Positions 47,069-55,465 of a stretch of DNA of 64,000 nucleotides are shown piece by piece. The notes under the pieces were generated by a model that was given only the letters and a program-made list of their open reading frames with translations, had not been told where the DNA came from and did no database searches. Both the position numbers and the translations under genes were made by a program. The stretch is from Candidatus Latescibacterota bacterium (GTDB taxonomy: Bacteria; Latescibacterota; UBA2968; UBA8231): assembly GCA_965215195.1 (NCBI GenBank), contig CBDCDC010000002.1, positions 2,144,001 to 2,208,000 of the forward strand, read 5' to 3'. Every line of letters begins with the position of its first letter. Position 1 is the first letter of the stretch.

Positions 47069-49207
47069 TTACGGCAGCTTGGTCGTCTTTTTCGCTTCCA
47101 CCTGCCCATCCACCTTGACCTGATAGACGTACACCCCAGCGGCCACATCCTTGCCCACCTCATCGCGCCCATCCCACACAAACCGATGGCTGCCCGCCCC
47201 CAGCGGACCATCCCACACCGGCCGCACCCGACGACCCAACACATCGTACACCGTCAGCGACACCTCCGCCGCGTCCGTCGCCAAATCAAGGGGAAGCACC
47301 ACCGCCGGATTAAACGGATTGGGATAGCTTGCGCCCAGCCGATGTTGCACCGGCCGCGCTACTGCTGGCATCAGCACCGCGGTCGCCTGCTCGCTCAACG
47401 AACTCTTGAGCACATGCACCCCACCCAAGATCGGATCCAACACCACCAAGTCGAGATCGCCGTCGCCATCCATATCCCCGGACAGCACGTATCTCCCGGT
47501 TCCCGCCAGCCGATGCCGCTCCCCGGCTTGAGTCGGGTTGACACTTCCGCCCCATTCGACAAAGACCCCAAAGCCCGAAGCGCGGTCTCCGCCGATAAAC
47601 ACCCAGTCGTCCACCCCATCGGCGTTGAGGTCGCGCACCAGCACCGGCGAGCGTCGCAACAGCCGGTCATCGTATAGTACGTCTGCTTCTACGTTGTCTC
47701 CGCCGCGCTTTCTATACAAAACCAGCCCCTTGCTACCTTCTGTTTGATCGTGTATGAACTCCGTGAGGAAATCCACCTGCCCATCGCCGTCAAAATCGCC
47801 CACCCCCAACAGCCCTATCCTCTCATCGAATTCAAAGACCTCGCTCTCCTGAAACTCCGCATCCAAGGCCTGCACCCCCACAATCCACCTACTCTCCCGC
47901 CCGATGCCCTGCGTCCACAACACGTCGGGGCGTCCATCGCCGGTAAAGTCGCCGGCCTGAGCAAACGAATAGGTTTGGGAAATCGCCACCTCCGTGGCGG
48001 TCCACACGCCCTGTGCTACATCCCACACCGCTAACGAGCTAAAATACGTCGCCGTACCCGCCAGCGCTGCGTCTAAAGTGCCTTCAAACGTAGTCTCCCC
48101 GACAAATAACTCGACCCGGCCATCGCCATCCCAATCGCCCACCCCCTGAATCCAGCTATCGATCTGCGCGAGGACCTCGACTTGGAGTTCCTGATTGATA
48201 GACCACACTTCGGTCCGGGGCTCCCGGTTGCTGCGTGATAGCGCGATTTCGTCCTTACCATCGCCGGTCAAATCCGCACCCAGTGCGCTTAAGACCGCTC
48301 CACCTTCAGCTACTTCCTCTATAACAGGCCCCTGTTCCAAGACCCCTCGCCCGTCGTTGACGGCCATCAGCCAGCCACTTTTAGTCTCAAGAGGCCCATA
48401 CTTATTCTCTGTTCTCATTTCCCACAGGCCAAACAGGTCTAAGTCGCCATCGCCATCCAAGTCCGTCAACACGCCATCCGTATGATCCCTCTCCCCTATA
48501 TACGACCCTCCAATAGGGGCTTCCCCTAGGCCCGGGGCAATCGGATAGAACACCGGCGGCGCAAACAGGCCGGTCCCCGCAAAGTCAAAGTAGGACGCTA
48601 CCGGCGGCGGCGGCCGTTCTCCTTGGAGCATCTCTTCCACGCCGGTCAACTCGATCCAGTCAATCTCAAACGCCTCGACCACCCCAAGATCGGCATCCAA
48701 ACCAGAATTCAGACTAAAACTGAGCTGGATATTTTTTAACAGACCCTCCCATCCGTCTTGACCATCCAATGAGAGCACCGCTTCCTGCCACTCGGTGGTA
48801 TAGACTATGCCTTGTCCAACATAGCTCTCAAAAAAGAAAAAATCTCCAAGACCTGAAGATCTTTCCCACTCGATCCAAAAAGTACCCTCCGTAGAGCGGT
48901 CATGGACGGTGCGGAACCGGACGCGGACTTGATCAAACAGACCCGAATCATACCCGATGGGAGAAGAAACCACCGCGACCCCCGGCTGGGAGGTACGCAA
49001 ACTCTGGGTGACGGCGGGATCGACCCGGATCCGCCACACGCCATCGTCGACTACCCCTGGGAACTGGTGAAATTCACGCGTACCCCCCGATACAAGCGCT
49101 TCTTTGGGCGTCCACCCTTGCGTCGTCCCGTCGTCGAAATCCCACTTGATCGCTTCGGCAGGGCCGCTCCACAGCACAACGCCAGCAACAACAGCAAATT
49201 TCAGCAT
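47069..49207 (-). CDS. FG-GAP/FlgD-CTD secreted protein, paralog 9
   Basis: Likely start MLKFAVV at 49207 (ORF extends to 49261); same framework. Confidence 0.85.
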   Translation of the reverse strand: MLKFAVVAGVVLWSGPAEAIKWDFDDGTTQGWTPKEALVSGGTREFHQFPGVVDDGVWRIRVDPAVTQSLRTSQPGVAVVSSPIGYDSGLFDQVRVRFRTVHDRSTEGTFWIEWERSSGLGDFFFFESYVGQGIVYTTEWQEAVLSLDGQDGWEGLLKNIQLSFSLNSGLDADLGVVEAFEIDWIELTGVEEMLQGERPPPPVASYFDFAGTGLFAPPVFYPIAPGLGEAPIGGSYIGERDHTDGVLTDLDGDGDLDLFGLWEMRTENKYGPLETKSGWLMAVNDGRGVLEQGPVIEEVAEGGAVLSALGADLTGDGKDEIALSRSNREPRTEVWSINQELQVEVLAQIDSWIQGVGDWDGDGRVELFVGETTFEGTLDAALAGTATYFSSLAVWDVAQGVWTATEVAISQTYSFAQAGDFTGDGRPDVLWTQGIGRESRWIVGVQALDAEFQESEVFEFDERIGLLGVGDFDGDGQVDFLTEFIHDQTEGSKGLVLYRKRGGDNVEADVLYDDRLLRRSPVLVRDLNADGVDDWVFIGGDRASGFGVFVEWGGSVNPTQAGERHRLAGTGRYVLSGDMDGDGDLDLVVLDPILGGVHVLKSSLSEQATAVLMPAVARPVQHRLGASYPNPFNPAVVLPLDLATDAAEVSLTVYDVLGRRVRPVWDGPLGAGSHRFVWDGRDEVGKDVAAGVYVYQVKVDGQVEAKKTTKLP

Positions 49208-49240
49208 GATATCACCGATCCTTTCCAACCGTGTAGAATA

Positions 49241-49286
49241 AGGAAAAAGGGACTGGCTCAATCGCTACGATTAAGCCAGTCCCTTC
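49241..49286 (-). terminator. Terminator-like hairpin homologous to 21048-21094
   Basis: Minus strand AAGGGACTGGCTTAATCG-TAG-CGATTGAGCCAGTCCCTT then TTTCCTT. Confidence 0.65.
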
Positions 49287-49294
49287 ACTTAAGC

Positions 49295-49409
49295 ACCCGC
49301 ACCGACCCGTCCGGCTGCGCTTGCAGACCCAAAATCTCGTCGGACGGCAGCCCGTGCGCGGTGGTGTACACCTCAAAGCCGCGCCCGTCATACGCGGCGA
49401 TCCCCCGCC
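49295..49409 (-). pseudogene. Fragment of the propeller region of the sigma54 activator
   Basis: Matches about 44890-45003 ([33 protein letters not shown]). Confidence 0.75.
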
Positions 49410-49556
49410 GAAGTTATTCCCTACCTAGACGCACAAGGGTAACATCAATATGTAAGCCGCCCTAAGATACAACCGCCGACGCCCGTTTGTAGCCCGTGCG
49501 TTAGGCTGGATGTCACGCGCTCGTGAAACTCCTCGGCGCACCAGTCCTTCTTCATC

Positions 49557-50342
49557 TCACAGCAGTTCCGGCCGGAACTCCACGGCGTTGACGGCCTTTT
49601 TCCGGTCGCCATCGTCCTCAACCTCAAACTCGATGATCGCGCCGCGCACCTTGAGATGGGCAAAGTCCGCGTTGGACACCACCCCACCCCGCACCGTGCG
49701 CAGGTCGGTGATGTGCAGAAAAATATCTTCGCGTATGGTGTCCATCCCCAAGCCGGTCTGCACGGTCAAGAACCCGTAGCCCTTCTCCTCGTTGACCGCG
49801 TGTAGGATGCCGCGCAGGCGCTGAGTCGTACCGCGCTCGGAGAACAGAATGTCGGGCACCAAGTACCCAGAAAAGTGGTGATCTACCTCTTGGCGCAGGT
49901 CGGTGCTGGTGTTCATAAAAGACAGCAGATCGACCCGCTTGCCCCGGTTTTGCAGGGCGCGCACCAAGCGCACGAAATCGCCATCGCCGCTGCCCAACAG
50001 CACGTAGTCCAAATTCTCCGACTGCAACAGGGCATCTATCGCTAGCTCTAGGTCGGCGTCGGCCTTGACGATGGTGTCGCCTTCCGGAGTGAGATAGCGC
50101 CGCACTTCCTTGAGGATCAGGTGGTAGCCCTCCCGCCGCGCTCGAGTGCGATAAATTTCCCTCTTTTGGCGGTACTCTAAGTCCGTCTTTTCGCGCTCGC
50201 GGTCAATGGCCATATAGGCGTTGGCCCGCACCACGACCGCCCGCTGCGCCTCTACGAGGGCCTTGATCTGGCGAAACCGGATGGCGTAGCCGCCGCAGCG
50301 ATTGAGATTCTCCATATCGAGAAATATGCCTGCTTTTAGCAC
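49557..50342 (-). CDS. NYN-domain protein with C-terminal cold-shock (OB) domain
   Basis: GTG start with AGAAGGA SD; IFLDMEN, KADADLELAID, LGSGDGDF; KGYGFL...DIFLHIT...IEFEV. Confidence 0.85.
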   Translation of the reverse strand: MLKAGIFLDMENLNRCGGYAIRFRQIKALVEAQRAVVVRANAYMAIDREREKTDLEYRQKREIYRTRARREGYHLILKEVRRYLTPEGDTIVKADADLELAIDALLQSENLDYVLLGSGDGDFVRLVRALQNRGKRVDLLSFMNTSTDLRQEVDHHFSGYLVPDILFSERGTTQRLRGILHAVNEEKGYGFLTVQTGLGMDTIREDIFLHITDLRTVRGGVVSNADFAHLKVRGAIIEFEVEDDGDRKKAVNAVEFRPELL

Positions 50343-50404
50343 GTGTATCCTTCTTAGTTGGTAAGTGTAGGGGCACCCCTCGTGGGTGTCCTGTGGGGTG
50401 GGCG

Positions 50405-51481
50405 TCAAACGTGAAAAATGTACAGGTCGCGGGAAGGCAGCGGCAACTCTACCCAAGCACCGCCCGCACGATGGCTTTCGGCGACGGCGATGGTGGCTTC
50501 GGTGATGTGGTGGGTCACGTCGATGTGCCCACGCGTGGGGTGGCCGGATTCGCGCGCCGCTGCCAAATCCTCCAAGCAGCACTGGGTCGTACTGCGCGGC
50601 GTCACCGGACTGACGGGCACCTCTTCCCACAAGGTGCGCCGTCCTTGCGCAGCGCCGGGCCGGCGCAGCGAAACGTCGGCCCCGTTGTTGCACGAGCGGA
50701 TCGCGCCCTCCGAGCCGATGACCTCGAATTCCCACGGGGCCGCTGGAATGGACCACGCCTCAGCGCCGTTGGCAAAGCGCAGTTGATAGGTGGCGAGGGG
50801 ATCGGCCGGAATGTGATTGCCCTCAACTTGCAAGCCGCGGGGCAACAGCTCGCCGCGCACGGCGGCAATCGCCGGGTCGCCGATGAGATAGGACACCGTG
50901 TCGATCGAATGAATGTGCCCGTGCATCAGGCTGGAACTGGCGTAGTGAATCACGGCCCGCACCTCCCCGACCTGACCGGCCGCGACCGCATCCTTGACCG
51001 CCTCGTAGCGGTTGTCAAAGCGGCGCAGGACGCCCGTGTTAAAGAGCGCGTTGTTGCGCTTTACAGCATCGCGGATTTCGTCGGCGCGCTCCATCGAGCT
51101 GGCCATGGCCTTTTCGAGGTAGATCATCGGCACGCCCATATCGGCCACGGCCACTGCTAGGTCGGCGTGCGAGTCGCCGCGAAAACTCGCGTCCGGGGCT
51201 TCTCTAGCGGGCTTGGGCAAACAGGCCGCTGTGCAGATGGCCACGAGGTCGGGCTCTTCGCGGCGGATCATGTCGCGGAAGTCCTCGTACACGGCTGCTC
51301 CCCAGCGGCTTTGAAACGCATCGCGCTTCTCCGGCAAGATGTCCGCGCCGGCCACGAGCTCCAGCCGCTCGCTCGCCTTGGTGGCGGCCGCGACCGAATA
51401 GGGCACGTCGCCGTGGCCTTCGTCGTCAATGGTGCTGCCCATGCGCCCGAGGCCGATGATAGCTACTGTGTGTTTCTTCAC
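50405..51481 (-). CDS. Gfo/Idh/MocA oxidoreductase
   Basis: IIGLGRMG, PDLVAICT, YLEKAMA, HGHIHSID. Confidence 0.88.
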   Translation of the reverse strand: MKKHTVAIIGLGRMGSTIDDEGHGDVPYSVAAATKASERLELVAGADILPEKRDAFQSRWGAAVYEDFRDMIRREEPDLVAICTAACLPKPAREAPDASFRGDSHADLAVAVADMGVPMIYLEKAMASSMERADEIRDAVKRNNALFNTGVLRRFDNRYEAVKDAVAAGQVGEVRAVIHYASSSLMHGHIHSIDTVSYLIGDPAIAAVRGELLPRGLQVEGNHIPADPLATYQLRFANGAEAWSIPAAPWEFEVIGSEGAIRSCNNGADVSLRRPGAAQGRRTLWEEVPVSPVTPRSTTQCCLEDLAAARESGHPTRGHIDVTHHITEATIAVAESHRAGGAWVELPLPSRDLYIFHV

Positions 51482-51716
51482 AATGGCCCTCCTTTCTATG
51501 CCGCAGACAACCTACTCATCCCCGCAAAGTTTCGCCAGAGCCTGCCCGCTCAATTGGCGATGCCATCGCGCATACTCGAACCGCGAGGACCATTTTGCGA
51601 TCTCGCCGCAATTTTCCGCTGCCCGTACGGCTCACAGAACGGTAGCTCACCTTGACAGTCTTTTAAGCTATCGACTCTTTTTGCAGCCACCCAAGGCATA
51701 CCAGACCGGAGGCAGC

Positions 51717-52667
51717 ATGACCCAAGCGCAAGCCCCACCTCACCTAGACCCACGCAAGTTTCAAGACCCGGACGTCACCGCCGACGGAGAAGAACGAGCT
51801 AGGGTAGCGTTGACGCGGCTGGAGACCCTGTGGTTCAACACCGGCACCTTATGCAATCTGGAGTGCGCCAACTGCTACATTGAGTCGAGCCCGCACAACG
51901 ACCGCCTAGCGTACCTCACAGCGGCCGAGGTGGCGGCCTATCTCGACGAAATTGAGCGCGACCGGCTGGGCACGTGCGCGATCGGCTTCACCGGCGGCGA
52001 GCCTTTTATGAATCCCGAGATGCTCGATATGCTCGAAGACGTGCTGGAACGGGGTTTTGAGAGCTTGGTGCTGACCAACGCCATGCGGCCGATGATGAAG
52101 TGCGCCGATGGCCTGCTGCGGCTGCGCGAAACACACGGCGACCGGCTGACGATCCGCGTCTCCATCGACCACTACGAACCGGCCCGGCACGAGGCGGAGC
52201 GCGGCGAGCGCTCTTGGGTGCCGATGATCAAGGGCTTGCGCTGGCTTTCCGATTGCGGCTTCCGCCTAACAGCCGCTGGCCGCACGCTCTGGGGCGGCCA
52301 AGAGAGCGAGTTGCGCGCTGGCTTCGCCCGTCTCTTTGCCCATCTCGGCGTGCGCATTGACGCGACCGATCCCAGCCAGTTCGTGCTGTTCCCGGAAATG
52401 GATCCCTCCGTCGACGTGCCCGAAATCACCACCGGCTGCTGGGACATCCTCGGCCAGTCGCCCGACGACATCATGTGCGCTTCGTCGCGCATGGTCGTCA
52501 AGCGCAAGGGAGCCGATGCTCCAGTCGTGCTCTCCTGCACGCTGCTGGCCTATGACGAGGCTTTCGAGATGGGCCGGACTCTAGCCGAAGCTTGGAGTCC
52601 AGTGAAGCTCAACCACCCGCACTGCGCCCAATTCTGCGTCCTCGGCGGCGCTAGCTGCTCGGCCTGA
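51717..52667 (+). CDS. Radical SAM protein with Cys-rich C-terminus
   Basis: CNLECANC (CxxxCxxC), FTGGEPF, LTNA; ATG after GGAGG. Confidence 0.88.
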   Translation: MTQAQAPPHLDPRKFQDPDVTADGEERARVALTRLETLWFNTGTLCNLECANCYIESSPHNDRLAYLTAAEVAAYLDEIERDRLGTCAIGFTGGEPFMNPEMLDMLEDVLERGFESLVLTNAMRPMMKCADGLLRLRETHGDRLTIRVSIDHYEPARHEAERGERSWVPMIKGLRWLSDCGFRLTAAGRTLWGGQESELRAGFARLFAHLGVRIDATDPSQFVLFPEMDPSVDVPEITTGCWDILGQSPDDIMCASSRMVVKRKGADAPVVLSCTLLAYDEAFEMGRTLAEAWSPVKLNHPHCAQFCVLGGASCSA

Positions 52668-52792
52668 CTAACTTAGCAACTCGATCTGCCCGGACGCGCT
52701 CTGCCGCTGCACGCACAACAGCAGATCGCCGCGCCCGACCCGGATTTCGACCGGGTTGGAGATGCTGTCGCACACGTCCGGAATGAGGCTCT
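52668..52792 (-). pseudogene. Displaced duplicate of the thiN 3' end
   Basis: 52704-52792 matches 54829-54932 apart from a 15-bp deletion; reads ...GRGDLLLCVQRQSASGQIELLS*. Confidence 0.8.
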
Positions 52793-52921
52793 TGCTGGCT
52801 TAGGGTGGCAGGAAAACGCGGTAAAATGTTGGTGGGTTAGGGCGTCGGAGGTGCAGTCAGATGCTCCGGGTCGGCGATGCGGAGGATGGGGAGGTATGGT
52901 TCGTGGGATACACTAGGTCGC

Positions 52922-53296
52922 TTATTCCGGTTTGTACCCGTTGACCCACTCGGCCTTGCGAACGATCTGGTTTAGCCTTCCCTTGGTCTTTCTGCCCGTA
53001 ATAACGCAGTGCCCAAGGCCACCCGACGAGAAATCGCGAACTACCCCTAACCCCAACTCGCGTAGTACACCTACTCTTATAGACGCTAGATATTTCTCCG
53101 GGCCCTCATCCGCAACCGTAGCCGGATCGGTCTCCGAAATCAGATACACGGAGACGAGGCCATCAGGACCGTCCTGCTTGAACGCTTGAGTCGAAGGCCG
53201 AAGCCTTTGGATGTTTTGGTCGTCAGTAACGAAATTCTCAGCTACGCGGCGGAGCACGACTTCATCGTCGCTAATGCTGACGTCGTCGAATTCCAT
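52922..53296 (-). CDS. Hypothetical protein, possibly ADP-ribosyltransferase-like
   Basis: 124 aa; VLRRV...PSTQAF...VSVY...GHC pattern; third gene of the cassette. Confidence 0.6.
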   Translation of the reverse strand: MEFDDVSISDDEVVLRRVAENFVTDDQNIQRLRPSTQAFKQDGPDGLVSVYLISETDPATVADEGPEKYLASIRVGVLRELGLGVVRDFSSGGLGHCVITGRKTKGRLNQIVRKAEWVNGYKPE

Positions 53297-53317
53297 CGTT
53301 TGCCCGCGCAGTGAGTT

Positions 53318-53896
53318 CTAGCTTTCAATCACTGTCCGCGCATACTCAGACAATTGACTAAGATCGTCGCTGATTAGCCCCTCGCATTCTTCGGCAGGGC
53401 TCTTGAAGAAATACTCTATACCTCCCTCTGGAGCCACTTCGATCTCAAGGTCAATGCCGTTGCGATGCCATTCAACTTGTACGCCTCCATTCCAAGTAGG
53501 CACGACGGCGGGAGGCGGTGTCTGGCTATCGAGAACCTTAAGTAATATCTCCAACATATAGGCAATCGCCGCAGCTTGAGTGCGCGTAGCACCAGAACTC
53601 CAATTGTCCGTCCGCCACGGCAGAGCGGCTATCGCCTGTAGTGTGGGATAGAACCACTCCATCGCGTGTAGTTCTTGTCCCCTAATACGCCGCACCTCAT
53701 TTACAAATACCCTGTTGGCGTGGATATAAATCTCAATTGACCTGTTGGCGCTGACATAGATTTCAGGGTCGGGCGAGGAGAGTGTTTCACTCGTAGGCAC
53801 TGAAGGGGGGAACGCTAGAAAGTCATCGAAAGTAGCACTGTCGGAGAAGAGCCATTCCTGTGCTTGCGGGGTGGGGCTAAGTGCGATAGTTGTCAA
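53318..53896 (-). CDS. Hypothetical protein
   Basis: 192 aa; C-terminal NWSS.GA...PAVVPTWNGGVQVEW...LEIEV domain; overlaps the upstream stop. Confidence 0.65.
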   Translation of the reverse strand: MTTIALSPTPQAQEWLFSDSATFDDFLAFPPSVPTSETLSSPDPEIYVSANRSIEIYIHANRVFVNEVRRIRGQELHAMEWFYPTLQAIAALPWRTDNWSSGATRTQAAAIAYMLEILLKVLDSQTPPPAVVPTWNGGVQVEWHRNGIDLEIEVAPEGGIEYFFKSPAEECEGLISDDLSQLSEYARTVIES

Positions 53897-54750
53897 TTAG
53901 TCCTCCTCCAAACGCGATGCATCTCGCTCGAAGTTAGCGTTGCAAACCCTTGGACGATCCATTCATGCCCAAGGTTCATAGCCTTGATGATACCATCCGT
54001 GTCGTCGCCTTGGGGGGCACCTCGAAATGTGAGTTTCATCAGGTACATCGGCGTCTTGTCAGGCATGTGATGCATTGGTTCGACACTTACGTATAATCTG
54101 CCTTGAGGTCCATCACCCGCGCTGAGAATGACGTATTGAGAGACGTATCTCGTCTGCTCTGGCGGTGGCAGAAAGCCTTCGGTGAGGCGGGATGCGGCCG
54201 AAGGAATTACTCTTCCCAGCTCCGAATGACTGCTCCAGACATCTTCTTCGGGCAAGATGACGTTTACGTAGGTTACTTCGCACTGGACCGGGGATAGGTC
54301 TCCGCACCCTTCCGCGGAAAGAAATGTCTGGAAGTCGGCGAGTTCGTACTCGAAGTCGTTCCGTATTTTCTCATAGCGAGGGTACTCGTGTTGTGGTTGG
54401 AGCTTCCGCCAACTGTACCCGAATAGATCTTTCTGGATTTGCAATAGTTTTGTTTTGGAATTGCTCAGCATCAAAAGCCGTTGGGTAGGCGAAGTATCAC
54501 TGAACTGAATTTCGATCCGAGGCTCTTGTGGCCTCCCAAACGTCTCGATTGTTGGGGTCAGCGGGGCGGCCTCTTCACGCAGTGGGAACCGATCTCGAAC
54601 CTGACCCCATCTAAGCGCGATCAGTGTACCGTCGAGGATCGGCGCATCAAACTGCACCGAGACAGCGACTTCGACAACGGGCGGCTTTGCAAACTCTGGC
54701 AGCGACTTATTGCCTCCTTTCGTTTTACGGCTCTCGCATGTATCATTCAT
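53893..54750 (-). CDS. TIGR04255-like sporadically distributed protein
   Basis: LPEFAKPPVVEVAVSVQF, LLQIQ, YPRY, YVN, H.WIVQGF..LTS motifs. Confidence 0.7.
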   Translation of the reverse strand: MNDTCESRKTKGGNKSLPEFAKPPVVEVAVSVQFDAPILDGTLIALRWGQVRDRFPLREEAAPLTPTIETFGRPQEPRIEIQFSDTSPTQRLLMLSNSKTKLLQIQKDLFGYSWRKLQPQHEYPRYEKIRNDFEYELADFQTFLSAEGCGDLSPVQCEVTYVNVILPEEDVWSSHSELGRVIPSAASRLTEGFLPPPEQTRYVSQYVILSAGDGPQGRLYVSVEPMHHMPDKTPMYLMKLTFRGAPQGDDTDGIIKAMNLGHEWIVQGFATLTSSEMHRVWRRTN

Positions 54751-54795
54751 CGCACCTACCCTGAGTGGCTTTTACAATGCTTTTACGCAATATAA

Positions 54796-55461
54796 TCACT
54801 CCACGACCACCTTGCCGCAACCCTCCTCCCGCTGCACGCACAACAGCAGATCGCCGCGCCCGACCCGGATTTCGACCGGGTTGGCCACTACCTCGTTGGA
54901 GATGCCGTCGCGCACGCCCGGAATGAGGCTCTCGGACCGCAAGGGCCATTTTAATCCAAACGTCTCAATGCCCTCGGCCGCGCCATTGAGCGGGCACAGG
55001 GAAATTTTCTGGCCGAGGGCGGCGCGGAAGCGGATGCAGCGGTCGATGAGGCGGATGTCGCAGTAGTCGTCAATTATTCGCAAGGCGAGGCGGTCGGCAA
55101 AGGTCTTGAGCAGGCTCAGATTGCCCAGCAGGTGATCGGTGCGCCGTCCCGTAAAACCGAGGAGCACGGCTTGAGTAACGCCCAAGGCGAGGGCGTGGTT
55201 GAGGACTTTTTGGCCGTCCGTGCCCATATTGCCCTCGGGATCGACGAGGACGAGGCGGTCGGCGGCGAGGGCGGCCTTGCTTTGGCGGCTGACCGAATCG
55301 AGATCGCCGACGATGTAATCGGGCGCGTACCCATAGCACCGGGCGGTATTGGCCCCGCCATCGGCGCACAGGATCAGATCGGCTGCTCGGGCGCAAGCGG
55401 CGAATAATTCCCGCGCCGGCGGCTCGCCATTGCCGACGATCAGAGCAGACCGACCGCCCAC
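54796..55461 (-). CDS. thiN: Thiamine pyrophosphokinase
   Basis: LCADGGAN, PDYIVGDLDS, GRRTDHLLGN, GLKWPL, GISN; downstream of a TPP riboswitch. Confidence 0.9.
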   Translation of the reverse strand: MGGRSALIVGNGEPPARELFAACARAADLILCADGGANTARCYGYAPDYIVGDLDSVSRQSKAALAADRLVLVDPEGNMGTDGQKVLNHALALGVTQAVLLGFTGRRTDHLLGNLSLLKTFADRLALRIIDDYCDIRLIDRCIRFRAALGQKISLCPLNGAAEGIETFGLKWPLRSESLIPGVRDGISNEVVANPVEIRVGRGDLLLCVQREEGCGKVVVE

Positions 55462-55465
55462 GGCT

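Noticed and set aside
2081-49207. Diversity-generating retroelement behind the paralog variation
   Set aside because: No reverse transcriptase in the window; variation includes indels and is not visibly adenine-restricted or C-terminal
50343-50756. Long N-terminal extension of the NYN ORF
   Set aside because: Overlaps the Gfo/Idh/MocA gene; the NYN motif begins right after the GTG at 50342, which has its own SD
52640-52680. Selenocysteine read-through at the radical SAM TGA
   Set aside because: An in-frame TAG follows three codons later, the downstream DNA is the thiN relic, and no SECIS-like hairpin is evident
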